Assembly: GCA_036526135.1 (NCBI GenBank)
Contig: DATCZA010000011.1
Location: forward strand, 17,570 to 81,569
Length of the DNA: 64,000 bases
DNA from: Pseudomonadales bacterium
GTDB lineage: Bacteria > Pseudomonadota > Gammaproteobacteria > Pseudomonadales > Azotimanducaceae
Reading direction: 5' to 3'
Shown: positions 52,414-61,997 of the stretch, one piece after another
Numbering within the stretch: the first letter of the stretch is position 1
How the letters are laid out: every line of letters begins with the position of its first letter
Made by a program: the position numbers and the translations under genes
Notes under the pieces: model-generated
Seen by the model: the letters and a program-made list of their open reading frames with translations, nothing else
What the model was told of the DNA's origin: nothing
Database searches by the model: none

Positions 52414-53247
52414 ATGGGAAAACTCGAGGGGAAAGTCGCCATCGTCACCGGTGCGGGCCGCGGCATCGGCCGCGCCATCGCGTTGAAGCTGGCGGCAGAA
52501 GGTGCCCACGTCGTGGTCAATGATCTGGACGAGCAGCCGGCCGGCGCCGTCACCGACGAGATCAACTCGGGCACTGGCCCTCGTGCGCTGGCCTTTCCCG
52601 GGGACGTGACCCTGCCCGAGTTCGGCGACGATCTCGTCGATGCCGCTCTGGACGGCTTCGGCGGCCTGGACGTCTTGGTCAACAACGCCGGCTACATCTG
52701 GAACTCCGCGCTGCTCAACCACAGCGACGAGCAGTGGGAGGCCATGCTTGCCGTGCACGCCACCGCGCCGTTCCGCATTCTGCGGGCCGCGGGCCGCCAC
52801 TTCCGCGAGCAGGCCAAGGCGGCCCAGGCCCGCGGCGAAAGACCGCCCTGTCGCAAGGTGGTGAACGTCTCCTCGATATCGGGGGTGTACGGAGCCGCCA
52901 CCCAGGCGAGCTACGCTGCCGGCAAGGCGGCCGTGATCGGCCTGACCAAGTCCTTGAGCAAGGAGTGGGGTCCCTACAACGTGACCGTGAACGCCGTGGC
53001 TTTCGGGTACATCGAGACACGCCTCACCCAGACGATCGGCGACGAGGTGGAAACCATCGATGTGAAGGGCCGCCAGCACCGGGTGGGCCTCACGCCGGAA
53101 GCCATCGAGGCCTACCGGAGCACGAGCCCGCTGCGCCGGGCCGGAGCTCCGGAGGACGCAGCGAACGCCGTCGCCCTGTTCTGCTTTCCGGAGTCCGATT
53201 TCGTCACCGGCGAGGTGCTGATCGCCAGCGGAGGCACTACGGGTTGA
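52414..53247 (+). CDS. SDR family oxidoreductase (FabG-like)
   Basis: KVAIVTGAGRGIGRAIA (TGxxxGxG), NNAG, and YAAGKAAV (YxxxK). ATG 52396 is an alternative start. Confidence 0.9.
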   Translation: MGKLEGKVAIVTGAGRGIGRAIALKLAAEGAHVVVNDLDEQPAGAVTDEINSGTGPRALAFPGDVTLPEFGDDLVDAALDGFGGLDVLVNNAGYIWNSALLNHSDEQWEAMLAVHATAPFRILRAAGRHFREQAKAAQARGERPPCRKVVNVSSISGVYGAATQASYAAGKAAVIGLTKSLSKEWGPYNVTVNAVAFGYIETRLTQTIGDEVETIDVKGRQHRVGLTPEAIEAYRSTSPLRRAGAPEDAANAVALFCFPESDFVTGEVLIASGGTTG

Positions 53248-53321
53248 CGCGTGGTTCGATTGGGCGCGCCGAACCTGTAGAATCCCGCTCCGAATCCCGA
53301 CACCGCTGAGACCCGCCCGCC

Positions 53322-54941
53322 TTGACGATCCGATTCCTGGGCAAGAACGTATCCGGCCCGTTCACCATCCCATCGGGGATCGTCGCGACCGCCGTGCCGA
53401 TCATCGAGTACCTGTTCAGGCACGTTCCGCAGATCGGTGTGATGACCACCAAGAGCATCGGGCTTGCACCCCGCACCGGCAATCGCGAGCCCATCTACAG
53501 CCAGTACGCGCCCGGCTGCTTCGTCAACGCCGTGGGCCTGACCAACCCGGGCGCCGAACGTTCGGCCGAGCTCTTCGCCGCGCTCGACGTCCCGGAAGAT
53601 CGCTTTCTGCTCACCTCCATCTTCGGCGGCAGCGTCGAGGAGTTCGTGGCGGTGGCGAAGATCCTGGCGCCGGTCTCCGACGGCCTGGAGCTGAACCTGT
53701 CCTGCCCCCACGCCAAGGGGTACGGCATGGAGATGGGCCGGGATCCGGAGCTGGTGCGCGAGATCACCGCGGCGGTGAAAGCAGCCGTGGACGTGCCCGT
53801 GGTGCCGAAGCTCACGCCGAACGCGGACAACATCGGCGAGATTGCGCAAGCCGCCGTGGCCGGCGGGGCGGACGCCCTGTGCGCCATCAACACCGTGGGG
53901 CCCGGCTACTACAGCGCCGCAGGCGAGCCTGTGCTGAGCAACGAGCTCGGCGGCATGTCGGGCAAAGGCATCCTGCCCATCGGCCTGAAGTGCGTTCGGG
54001 AGATCGCCGGAAGAGTCAACGTCCCCGTGATCGGCTGCGGTGGGATCAGCAGCGCGGCCGACGTTAACGCCTACCGCGCGGCAGGGGCCCACATATTCGG
54101 GGTGGGCTCGGCGCTGACCGGCATGACGTCGCCAGAGATCACCCAATACTTCCAGACGCTGGCGGCAGACCTGGCAGACGACGGGAACGACGCGGAAGCC
54201 AGGATCCAGTACCGGCTCGACATGGGCTTCCGCCCGTACACGCTCGTGACGAACACCCGCGTCACCGACGACATCTGCATTCTCACCTTCGACCGGCCGC
54301 TGGACATCAAAGCGGGTGAGTTCGTCTTCCTGTGGATACCCGGTCTGGGCGAAAAGCCTTTCTCGGCGCTGACCGACGATCCGTTCTCGCTGGTGGTCAT
54401 CGACCTGGGGCAGTTCACCCACGCGCTCATGGATCTCGCTCCGGGTACCAGGACCTACGTGCGCGGTCCCCACGGCCTGCCGGCGGAACCGCCCCCAGGC
54501 GCGCGCATCGTCGCGGTCGCGGGGGGCACCGGCCTCGCCGCCGTCTACCAGCTGGCAAGAGACCACGGCAACGCCGATATCTTCATGGGTGCGCGAACGG
54601 CCGAACGGCTCTACTTCATCGACGAGTGCGAAGCGGCGGCCACCCTGCACGTGGCCACCGACGACGGCAGCTGCGGGCACCATGGCCTCGTGACCGAGCT
54701 GCTGGCCAAACACCTGGAAACGCTGTCGGAAAACGAGCTCGCCAACACCGTCTTCTACAACTGCGGCCCGGAGCCCATGGTTCACGCGGCGGTCGAGGTC
54801 CAGCGCCGGTTCTGCCCGGACGAGCAGATCTTCAGCGCCATCGACTACCTCACCAAATGCGGGGTCGGCATCTGCGGCGCCTGCACCGCACCCGACGGCC
54901 GCCGCCTGTGCGTGGACGGCCCGTTCCTGAGCGCGAGCTGA
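53322..54941 (+). CDS. Fusion of class-1 dihydroorotate dehydrogenase-like catalytic domain with PyrK-like FAD/[2Fe-2S] electron-transfer domain
   Basis: N-terminal half: ..NAVGLTNPG.., LELNLSCPHAKG (class-1 Cys loop), ..GGMSGKGI.., ..IGCGGISS... C-terminal half: ferredoxin-reductase-type fold (..RPYTLV.., ..VAGGTGLAAV..) ending CGVGICGACTAPDGRRLCVDGP (Cys cluster). TTG start. Confidence 0.8.
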   Translation: MTIRFLGKNVSGPFTIPSGIVATAVPIIEYLFRHVPQIGVMTTKSIGLAPRTGNREPIYSQYAPGCFVNAVGLTNPGAERSAELFAALDVPEDRFLLTSIFGGSVEEFVAVAKILAPVSDGLELNLSCPHAKGYGMEMGRDPELVREITAAVKAAVDVPVVPKLTPNADNIGEIAQAAVAGGADALCAINTVGPGYYSAAGEPVLSNELGGMSGKGILPIGLKCVREIAGRVNVPVIGCGGISSAADVNAYRAAGAHIFGVGSALTGMTSPEITQYFQTLAADLADDGNDAEARIQYRLDMGFRPYTLVTNTRVTDDICILTFDRPLDIKAGEFVFLWIPGLGEKPFSALTDDPFSLVVIDLGQFTHALMDLAPGTRTYVRGPHGLPAEPPPGARIVAVAGGTGLAAVYQLARDHGNADIFMGARTAERLYFIDECEAAATLHVATDDGSCGHHGLVTELLAKHLETLSENELANTVFYNCGPEPMVHAAVEVQRRFCPDEQIFSAIDYLTKCGVGICGACTAPDGRRLCVDGPFLSAS

Positions 54942-54998
54942 CGCAAAGCCCACTGCGCGTTCCTCCCCAGAGGCCGATCAGCGCCTACCCTTGGGCAG

Positions 54999-55024
54999 AA
55001 AAAAGCCCTCCGAAGAGGGCTTTT
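54999..55024. terminator. Bidirectional rho-independent terminator
   Basis: AAAAAAGCCCTC-CGAA-GAGGGCTTTT: a 7-bp GC-rich stem flanked by an A-tract and a T-tract. It lies between the convergent PyrD-K fusion and the TonB-dependent receptor genes. Confidence 0.8.
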
Positions 55025-55044
55025 CGTGCCGGCACTGCCGAAAG

Positions 55045-57300
55045 CTAGAAGTCCCAGCTGACCACCGCGCCGTAGGTGCGGGGCGGACGGATGGCCGTGT
55101 AGGTCCAGAGCCCGGCAAAGGCGGGGCTGGTACCCACGTCGTAGGCCTGGGTCCAGGAGTCGTCCTCGGTCAGGTTCAGCCCCCAGACGCTGATGCTGAG
55201 CTGGTTCACCGTGTAGGTCAGCGACGCATCCAGCACCGTGTGGGAGCCCACCGAGCTCTGGGGCGAGTTCAGGAACGTCAGCTCCATGTCGTCCACGTAG
55301 CGCAGGGCGGCCCGGGCAATGAGCTGGCCGGGCCCGATGGGAACGGTCACCACCGGCGAGATGGTGGCCGTCATGTCCGGCGCTCGGCGCAGCTTCTTGT
55401 CGGAAAGGTCGAGGGGAGGGTCGAACGCCGGATCCTCGAGCTCGTCGTACTCCGCGTCGAGCAGCCCCAGGTTTCCTTCGATAGTGAAGTTCGCACTGAC
55501 GAGCCAGCTGAAATCGACTTCCACCCCGTTGATGGATGCTTCCGAGGCGTTGACGACCAGGGTCTGCTGGCCGGTGCCCCCGGCGACAGGCACGCTTTGC
55601 TCTTCCTGCTTGTCCTGGTAGTCCATCATGAAGGCGGAGACGTTCAGACGCATGCGGCCGTCGAGCCACTCGCTCTTCATGCCCACCTCGAAGTTGTCCA
55701 CGGTTTCTGGATCGTAAGGGGTAGCCGCGGCCAGATACTGACCGCCACCGGGACGGCCGTTGAAGCCCCCTGCCCGGAAGCCCTTGGAGTAGAGGCCGTA
55801 GAACATGAGGTCGTTGCTGGCCTGGAAGCGCAGGCCGACCTTGGGCGTAAATTCATCCCAGGAAGCCTTGAACGGATCATCCGGATTGCCCTTGATGGCG
55901 AGTTCCGGCGTCAGCGCATCGATCACGCCGCTCTCTTTCTTGTCGTCCGTGTAGCGTCCTCCGACCGTCAGAGTCCAGCGATCTGCAAACTGGTAGTCGG
56001 CCTCCAGGAAGAACGCATAGGATTCCGTCGACTGAATGACCGTCTGGTACACGGGGAAGACGATGGCGTCATCGAAGCCCGCACCCGGCACGCCGAGAAT
56101 CGCTCCAAAGCCGATGTAGCTGGTCAGATCGATACGGTAGTCGGACTCCCAGTAGTAGGCGCCCGCCGTGTAGCTCAGCCGCTCGCCGGCGAAGTTGAGC
56201 CTGGCCTCGAAGCTGTCCTGCTCCCAGGTGGCGGGCCGGTCGGTGTGGTAGAGGGTCAGGGGGGTCGAATCCCAGTCCTGATAGACTTCTTCGTCAGTCT
56301 CGAAACCGCCGTAGACGAAGTCCACGCTGTACTGATCGTTGATGTCCCAGGAGACGTTCAGGATATGGGTCTCGGTGTCGAAGTACGTCTGGTAGGGCGG
56401 ATCGTCGTTCTGCAGCACCGTGTAGTCCTTACCCGACTGGGGCGTCTTCAGCCCCTGGGCACACTGACCGTAATACAGACAGAAGATCTGATCAGGCTGC
56501 GCAATGTTGTGCAGTGTGTTGGCGTCCTGCTCCTGCTCGGTCTTGTCGTAGCGGTAATACAGCTCGATGCTTTCGGTAGGCTGCCAGAGCACGCTGGGGC
56601 TGATGACCCAGTAATCCATCTCCCCGGCGTCGCGATCGAGGGTGGCGTTCTTGAACCAGCCGTCGCTCTCGCGCTTGGCGCCGCCAAGACGGAAGGCGAG
56701 ATTTTCCGTAGCCGTGATGTTGATGTAAGCATCGAGCTGCAGGTCGCCGTGGTTGCCTGCACCGGCTCTGAGCGACCCGGACAGGCCGTCGAAGTCCGGC
56801 CGCGCGCGGGTCACGTTGATGACGCCGCCGATGGAATTACGGCCGAACAGAGTGCCCTGGGGTCCGCGCAGGATCTCCACGCTTTCCAGGTCGATGGCCT
56901 TCAGCATCGCACCCGAGTTCACCCCGATGAAAACGCCGTCGACCACCACACCCACCGTGGGGTCGAAGTTCTTCTCCACGTCCGTGGTGCCGATGCCGCG
57001 AATCGAGATGGCCGCGGGGCTGCCCGGACCCTGCTGAATATCGCTGACGATCAGGTTGGGCGAGGCGTTCTGCAGGGTCTGCAGGTCCGCGTCGAAGCGG
57101 ATCTTCAGATCCTCAGCGCCGAGCGCGCTCAGGGCCATCCCCACTTCCTGCATGCTCTCCTCGCGCTTCCGCGCGGTGACGACGATCTCCTCCAGGGCAA
57201 GCGAGTCGGACTCGGCCAGCGCGGGCCCAGGCATACCGATGCCGAGCCAGATTACCGGTACGAGCAGCGACAGCGCTCGTCCCAAGATTGCTCTCCTCAT
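55045..57300 (-). CDS. TonB-dependent outer-membrane receptor
   Basis: Signal peptide MRRAILGRALSLLVPVIWLGIGMPGPALA, a plug region (..LEEIVVTARKREES...VEILRGPQGTLFGRNSIGG..), and a C-terminal ..RTYGAVVSWDF. Trimmed to ATG 57300, preceded by GGAGAG. Confidence 0.92.
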   Translation of the reverse strand: MRRAILGRALSLLVPVIWLGIGMPGPALAESDSLALEEIVVTARKREESMQEVGMALSALGAEDLKIRFDADLQTLQNASPNLIVSDIQQGPGSPAAISIRGIGTTDVEKNFDPTVGVVVDGVFIGVNSGAMLKAIDLESVEILRGPQGTLFGRNSIGGVINVTRARPDFDGLSGSLRAGAGNHGDLQLDAYINITATENLAFRLGGAKRESDGWFKNATLDRDAGEMDYWVISPSVLWQPTESIELYYRYDKTEQEQDANTLHNIAQPDQIFCLYYGQCAQGLKTPQSGKDYTVLQNDDPPYQTYFDTETHILNVSWDINDQYSVDFVYGGFETDEEVYQDWDSTPLTLYHTDRPATWEQDSFEARLNFAGERLSYTAGAYYWESDYRIDLTSYIGFGAILGVPGAGFDDAIVFPVYQTVIQSTESYAFFLEADYQFADRWTLTVGGRYTDDKKESGVIDALTPELAIKGNPDDPFKASWDEFTPKVGLRFQASNDLMFYGLYSKGFRAGGFNGRPGGGQYLAAATPYDPETVDNFEVGMKSEWLDGRMRLNVSAFMMDYQDKQEEQSVPVAGGTGQQTLVVNASEASINGVEVDFSWLVSANFTIEGNLGLLDAEYDELEDPAFDPPLDLSDKKLRRAPDMTATISPVVTVPIGPGQLIARAALRYVDDMELTFLNSPQSSVGSHTVLDASLTYTVNQLSISVWGLNLTEDDSWTQAYDVGTSPAFAGLWTYTAIRPPRTYGAVVSWDF

Positions 57301-57471
57301 GATTCTCTCCAGTAGGCTAGTTTCCGATTCTGTTATTCGAACACACCGCGCAGCGGCTACCCGCGAACGCTTGTTCCCCTTGGTCCCGCCCACCGGCGGG
57401 CAGTGGCAGATTATAGACTTGAGGCTGAGCGCGCCGAAACCACTCGCTCGGCGGCAGAAAACCTGCGTCGG

Positions 57472-58929
57472 CTACTCGAACAGTCGCCGCAACCAGATGA
57501 CTGCACGGGCCACCGTGCCCAGGAAGGGCTGCTCCACCAGCTCCACCACCGTCCCGTCCGGATCGTAAAACAGGACGATGCTTCCCCACGAATCCGGCCC
57601 CGAGCAGCACGGGGTGATCCCGGAGATGAACTTAACACCCTGGGCCTTGAGCGCAGCCACGTCGGCCTCGATGTCGCCGGTGAGCAGCGCCATGCGATGA
57701 ATGCCCAGGTGGCTGACCGGCGGCGGGTAGGCGGGCTCGGGGTCGAAGGGCGAAAGCCACTGGACCAGCTCGATCTGCGAGCCGTCCACCTCGTGGCTGA
57801 GCACGGCCCCGTTGATCAGGTACGGCGCAGCAAAGCCCATGGCCTCTGCCACCTCGGCGGAGTCCGTCGGGGGCAGCTTCTGCATTGCCGCGTATCCGAA
57901 CATCCGGTACCAGGCTTCGGAGCGTTCGAAGTCGCTCACGTTGACGTTCACCCGACCGAGACCGATGACGGGTTTCTCGGATGCCTCGCCGCCTGGGCCT
58001 TCCAGCTCTACCAGCTCGTAGAAGGTGCCGTCCGGATCGGTGAAGACGGCAAACCGGGTACCGTCCGAGCGGGTGGCAGGCGGAGAGAGAAAGTTTACGC
58101 CGGCTCCCACGAGCTGGTCGTAGGCGGCCGCAATGTCGCCCGTGTGCATGAGAGCCCGCGCCATGCCCAGGTGGTTAAGGCCCGGGTACGGCGGCTCTTC
58201 GTTTCTCGGAATGGTGAACTCGATGAGATCGATGACGCCGCCCCAGAAACCATCGGGGCCCACCAGCTCGCCGTGGAGCAGGTAGCCGCCGGCCTCTTCT
58301 CCCTGGGAGCCGTCGTAGGCCGTCGGCGTCTGGATGCCCAGGGCGTGGGCCATCGCCAGGGTGTTGGTGTCCGGAAAGCCGCTCATGGTTTCGAACCCGA
58401 GCACGCCGTAAAACGCGCGGGCTTCGTTGAAATCGCTCACGTTGGTGTTGAAGTGCACCCAGGAGATGACGTTCAGCGCGACGTCCGCGCGCTGCTTGAC
58501 GCGCACCGACGCCGCTGCGCCGTCCCGGCCGTCGAGGCCAACGGCAATGGTGTTCGCCTCGGCAAGCTCTACCGGGATCTCCAGGGAGGTCGTTTGCCGT
58601 AACGCCTGCCCGTCGAGCACGTCGACGCCGTTCAGCCGGACGGTCACCACCGGCTCACCGGATCGTGCGGTTACGATAACCCGGGCAGGGCCGGCAACCC
58701 CGAAGAACGGCCGCGCCGGCCCGACATCGGGCCCGGGGTGCTGCCCGGCCGCGCTTTCGACCCGTACCAGATGGCGGGTGAAGTCGATCTCAGCGGCGAC
58801 CGCCAAGACGGGCACCTGCAGGCAAACGGCAACCAGCGCGAGGAATATCCCGCGCACGCGCCGCGGCTTTGCCCCGGAGCGATGGTCCGGCAAAAGCCGC
58901 CGCGCGCGTGCGGCGTCGTGCCGGATCAC
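57472..58929 (-). CDS. Secreted protein with tandem VOC/glyoxalase-like domains
   Basis: N-terminal hydrophobic segment (..GIFLALVAVCLQVPVLAVAA..), then two VOC duplications (..VHFNTNVSDFNEARAFY.., ..VNVNVSDFERSEAWY.., ..FYDPDGTVVELVE). The GTG start overlaps the upstream TGA (GTGA). Confidence 0.75.
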   Translation of the reverse strand: MIRHDAARARRLLPDHRSGAKPRRVRGIFLALVAVCLQVPVLAVAAEIDFTRHLVRVESAAGQHPGPDVGPARPFFGVAGPARVIVTARSGEPVVTVRLNGVDVLDGQALRQTTSLEIPVELAEANTIAVGLDGRDGAAASVRVKQRADVALNVISWVHFNTNVSDFNEARAFYGVLGFETMSGFPDTNTLAMAHALGIQTPTAYDGSQGEEAGGYLLHGELVGPDGFWGGVIDLIEFTIPRNEEPPYPGLNHLGMARALMHTGDIAAAYDQLVGAGVNFLSPPATRSDGTRFAVFTDPDGTFYELVELEGPGGEASEKPVIGLGRVNVNVSDFERSEAWYRMFGYAAMQKLPPTDSAEVAEAMGFAAPYLINGAVLSHEVDGSQIELVQWLSPFDPEPAYPPPVSHLGIHRMALLTGDIEADVAALKAQGVKFISGITPCCSGPDSWGSIVLFYDPDGTVVELVEQPFLGTVARAVIWLRRLFE

Positions 58930-59924
58930 GGAGCGACCAGGAGCTTACCCATGTGGCCGCCCGTGAACAGCATGGTCAGCGCTTTGGGGAACTGCTCGAT
59001 GCCCTCGACGACGTGCTCGGGCATCTTGAGCTTTCCTTCGGCCATCCAGCGCGAGATGTCGGCCTCCATCTCCGGAAAGTCCGCCGCAAAGCGGTCCACG
59101 GTGAAGCCCAGCATGCTGGCATTGCGCTCGGGTATCCTGAGATAAAGGCGCGGCCCCCTGACCTCTTCCATGTGGTTGTACTGAGAGATGGCGCCGCAGA
59201 TCACCACCCTGGCTCCCTGGGCAATCTGATCGAGCACGATGTCGAGCAGCTCGCCGCCCACGTTGTCGAAGAACACGTTCACGCCGGCAGGCGCAAGGGC
59301 TCTTAGCTTCTCTGCCACGTCGTCGTTCTTGTAGTCGATGGCACCATCGCAACCGATCTCGTCGATCAGGTAGGCAACCTTGGCCGGCCCGCCGGCGATG
59401 CCGATGACTTTGGCGCCGGCTATCTTGGCCAGCTGGCACGCGATGGTTCCCACCGCACCCGCGGCGGCGGAAACCACCACGGTGTCGCCTTCGGCCACCT
59501 GTCCCACCTTGAGCATGCCGGCATAGGCCGTAAGGCCCGTGGTCATCCCCAGCGCGCCGAGATAGCTGCGCGGCGGCACGTCGCCCTCCTCGAGCTTCCG
59601 GTACATGCCGCCCGGCGCGACGAGGTGAGTCTGTGCCCCCATAGGGCCGAACACGGCATCACCCTGGTTCAGGTCGGGCGAGCGGCTGTCCACGACGCGC
59701 GCCACGCCCAGGGCCATCACGGGCGTATCGATGGCCACCGTGCCATGGAGCCCTTCCTGGGAGTCCAGCATCGTTCTGATGAAGGCGTCGATTGAGAGAT
59801 GCTCCGTCGCCAGCAGCACCTGCCCTTCGGTCAGCTCCGCCAGCTCCTCCTCGATGACCTTGAAATCCGACTCCTTCGGCTGGCCTTCCGGGCGTGATGC
59901 CAGCACTACCTTCTTATTGATCAA
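58926..59924 (-). CDS. NADP-dependent oxidoreductase, medium-chain reductase family (YncB/CurA/alkenal reductase-like)
   Basis: ..VVSAAAGAVGTIACQLAKIAGAKVIGIAGG.. nucleotide fold. Overall similarity to double-bond reductases. I call the start at TTG 59924 (LINKKVVLASRPEG..), 6 nt after GAGGAG. The longer track ORF prefix has no similarity. Confidence 0.8.
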   Translation of the reverse strand: MINKKVVLASRPEGQPKESDFKVIEEELAELTEGQVLLATEHLSIDAFIRTMLDSQEGLHGTVAIDTPVMALGVARVVDSRSPDLNQGDAVFGPMGAQTHLVAPGGMYRKLEEGDVPPRSYLGALGMTTGLTAYAGMLKVGQVAEGDTVVVSAAAGAVGTIACQLAKIAGAKVIGIAGGPAKVAYLIDEIGCDGAIDYKNDDVAEKLRALAPAGVNVFFDNVGGELLDIVLDQIAQGARVVICGAISQYNHMEEVRGPRLYLRIPERNASMLGFTVDRFAADFPEMEADISRWMAEGKLKMPEHVVEGIEQFPKALTMLFTGGHMGKLLVAP

Positions 59925-59964
59925 CGTCGTCTCCTCGTCACGTTGTTGTTCGCCATTAAGGCGG

Positions 59965-61284
59965 CTACTGGGCGTCCGCGACCCAGCTGCCGTGGAATCC
60001 GGCCGGCACCCGCACGGGCAGGTGCACCCTCGCGACGGGGTCGGCGGTGACGTTGCTGGCATCGATGATCACCAGCTCGCTGCGGTTGTCCGCCGGGTCG
60101 TAGACGAAGCTCATGAGATATCCATCGTCTTCGGACGTACCCCCTCGTGCCGGAACGAAGACCGGCTCGCCGCCCGCACGGCCGTCGGCCAGCACGTGCG
60201 CCTCGGATGTTCCCGTGGCCAGGTCGTACTTACGGAAGGCCACCGCGGCGGGAAGCCCACCACCGAACTCCGCCGTGTAGCCGTAGCGATGCTTCTGACC
60301 GACCAGCGCATCGGGCACGCGCGGGAAATCTACCGACCGCTCGTCCAGCTGCGCTTCGCTGACGGTGCCCGCCGACTGATGAATGGTCCAGCGATGCAGC
60401 ATCGGCGGCGCTTCCGGCGCCCCGATCTTCATGTGGTGGGCCATGCGACAGACGTCAATGACGATGTCGTCGCCGTCCTCATAGGCATTCAGCGGGTGGT
60501 AGACGTAGCAGGGATCGATGTCGTACCACACCACGTCGGCGTTGGAGCCGTTGCGGGGCATCACGCCGAGGCGCGCGCCGTACTCGTCGCTCCAGGCCAG
60601 CGGAAGACCGACAGAGGCGGCGTTCTCGAAATTCCACACCACGGGCAGGTCCATGAAGATCACGTAGTTCCGCGTGATGTTGAAGTCGTGGACCATGGTC
60701 GCGCCCTTGACCTCGATGACCTCGCTCTGAACGAGCTCGCCATCGGCGGTCGCGCGGTGATAGGTCATGAAGGGGGGCGTCGCCGCGTAAGCAAAGAAGA
60801 GCAGCTCGCCGGTCTCCGCGCAGATCTTCGGATGGGCCGTCATGCCGGTCTCCAGCCGGCCGCCGAAAGTATAAGGACCAACGGTGTCGAGCTCCGGGGT
60901 CAGCTCGAAGGGCCAGTGTCCTTCTTCCAGCGCCAGAATCCGGCCCGCGTGGCCAATGATGTGGGTGTTGGCAAGGGACTTGGCGCGCTCGTCCACCCCA
61001 TCGCTGTGGTCCCCGTCGCTGAGCAGGGGAGTGCGGACATAGCGGTTGCGGTACCAGTTCGCCCGACCGTCGTTCAGCTCGACGCCGTGAATCATGCCGT
61101 TGCCCAGAAACCAGTGCGGCGTGACGCCGGATTCCGGGTTGGCGCCGTTGCGCAGGTAACGTCCCTTGAGCTCCGGGGGGATGGTCCCGGTCACCTCGAG
61201 CCTGGTCTCGGTCACCTCGTCAAAGGTCGGGGCGAAATTGCCCGAGAGCCAAAAGGGTGCTTCGTTGCTGACTGCTTCGCTCAT
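59965..61284 (-). CDS. Carotenoid/stilbene cleavage oxygenase (RPE65/CCD family)
   Basis: ..FAPTFDEVTE..GTIPPELKGRYLRNGANP.., ..HDFNITRNYVIFMDLP.., conserved His-containing blades. 439 aa. Confidence 0.9.
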   Translation of the reverse strand: MSEAVSNEAPFWLSGNFAPTFDEVTETRLEVTGTIPPELKGRYLRNGANPESGVTPHWFLGNGMIHGVELNDGRANWYRNRYVRTPLLSDGDHSDGVDERAKSLANTHIIGHAGRILALEEGHWPFELTPELDTVGPYTFGGRLETGMTAHPKICAETGELLFFAYAATPPFMTYHRATADGELVQSEVIEVKGATMVHDFNITRNYVIFMDLPVVWNFENAASVGLPLAWSDEYGARLGVMPRNGSNADVVWYDIDPCYVYHPLNAYEDGDDIVIDVCRMAHHMKIGAPEAPPMLHRWTIHQSAGTVSEAQLDERSVDFPRVPDALVGQKHRYGYTAEFGGGLPAAVAFRKYDLATGTSEAHVLADGRAGGEPVFVPARGGTSEDDGYLMSFVYDPADNRSELVIIDASNVTADPVARVHLPVRVPAGFHGSWVADAQ

Positions 61285-61931
61285 GTTGCGTCTCCTCGAC
61301 TGAGTTTCGTTGCGTCCGCCAGCGGCGGTCGTTCCTCGGCTCCGCTCGGGGCCAGCATGGCTTTCATGCAGCCGACCGCTTCGCGGATGTAATCTTCTCT
61401 GCGGTCCGGATCACCGCCGTCCCGCCATGCCTTGTAGGCCGCGTCCACCAGGGCGAACTGCAGCTCGGCCATGATTCCGGCATCCCCTTCCCGGACGATG
61501 CCCTGAGCCATTCCAGCCCGCAGGCTCTTCTCGATGGCCGCGACGATGACAGCGCTGCGGCTGGCGCCACTCGACCCGCCGAGTTCTCGGCTCATCTGCT
61601 CGAGCAGCCGGTACAGTGCCGGATGGGCATCGGCAAAATCGAACGCCCCCCGCACCACCATCTCCTCGCTGAGCTGGCCCGGCGTATCGGGCATGGCCGC
61701 CTGAACGCCGGCGGCCACGAAATCCTCTGCGATGCGCTCGAGCAGCCCTCGTTTCGAACCGAAGTGGTGAAAGAGGATGCCTTCCGAGACCCCCGCCGTC
61801 TTGGCGATCTGCTGAGTCGAAGTGTCTTCGAACCCGCGCTCGGCAAACAGCTCCCGGGCGGCTGCCAGCAATCGCTCCCGCTTTTCCGCAGGGGCCCTGG
61901 TGTAGGTAACCGATTTAGAGTGCGCGACCAT
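61281..61931 (-). CDS. TetR/AcrR family transcriptional regulator
   Basis: ..RERLLAAARELFAERGFEDTSTQQIAKTAGVSEGILFHHFGSKRGLL.. HTH. There is an ATGA overlap with the downstream oxygenase gene. Confidence 0.9.
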   Translation of the reverse strand: MVAHSKSVTYTRAPAEKRERLLAAARELFAERGFEDTSTQQIAKTAGVSEGILFHHFGSKRGLLERIAEDFVAAGVQAAMPDTPGQLSEEMVVRGAFDFADAHPALYRLLEQMSRELGGSSGASRSAVIVAAIEKSLRAGMAQGIVREGDAGIMAELQFALVDAAYKAWRDGGDPDRREDYIREAVGCMKAMLAPSGAEERPPLADATKLSRGDAT

Positions 61932-61934
61932 TTA

Positions 61935-61964
61935 TTGAGTAGCACTTTACAAAGTGTTACTCAA
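61935..61964. promoter_or_regulatory. 30-bp imperfect palindrome, candidate TetR operator
   Basis: TTGAGTAGCACTTT-AC-AAAGTGTTACTCAA, with 13 of 15 positions per arm complementary. It starts 4 nt upstream of the tetR ATG, and no Shine-Dalgarno is visible. Confidence 0.6.
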
Positions 61965-61997
61965 CAAGTAAACCCCCAATTTGCGGCATGCAGGTTT

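Noticed and set aside
57301-57471. Possible Fur box upstream of the TonB-dependent receptor (..CGATTCTGTTATTCGAA..).
   Set aside because: It is only a loose resemblance to GATAATGATAATCATTATC and has no dyad symmetry. That is not enough to call iron regulation.
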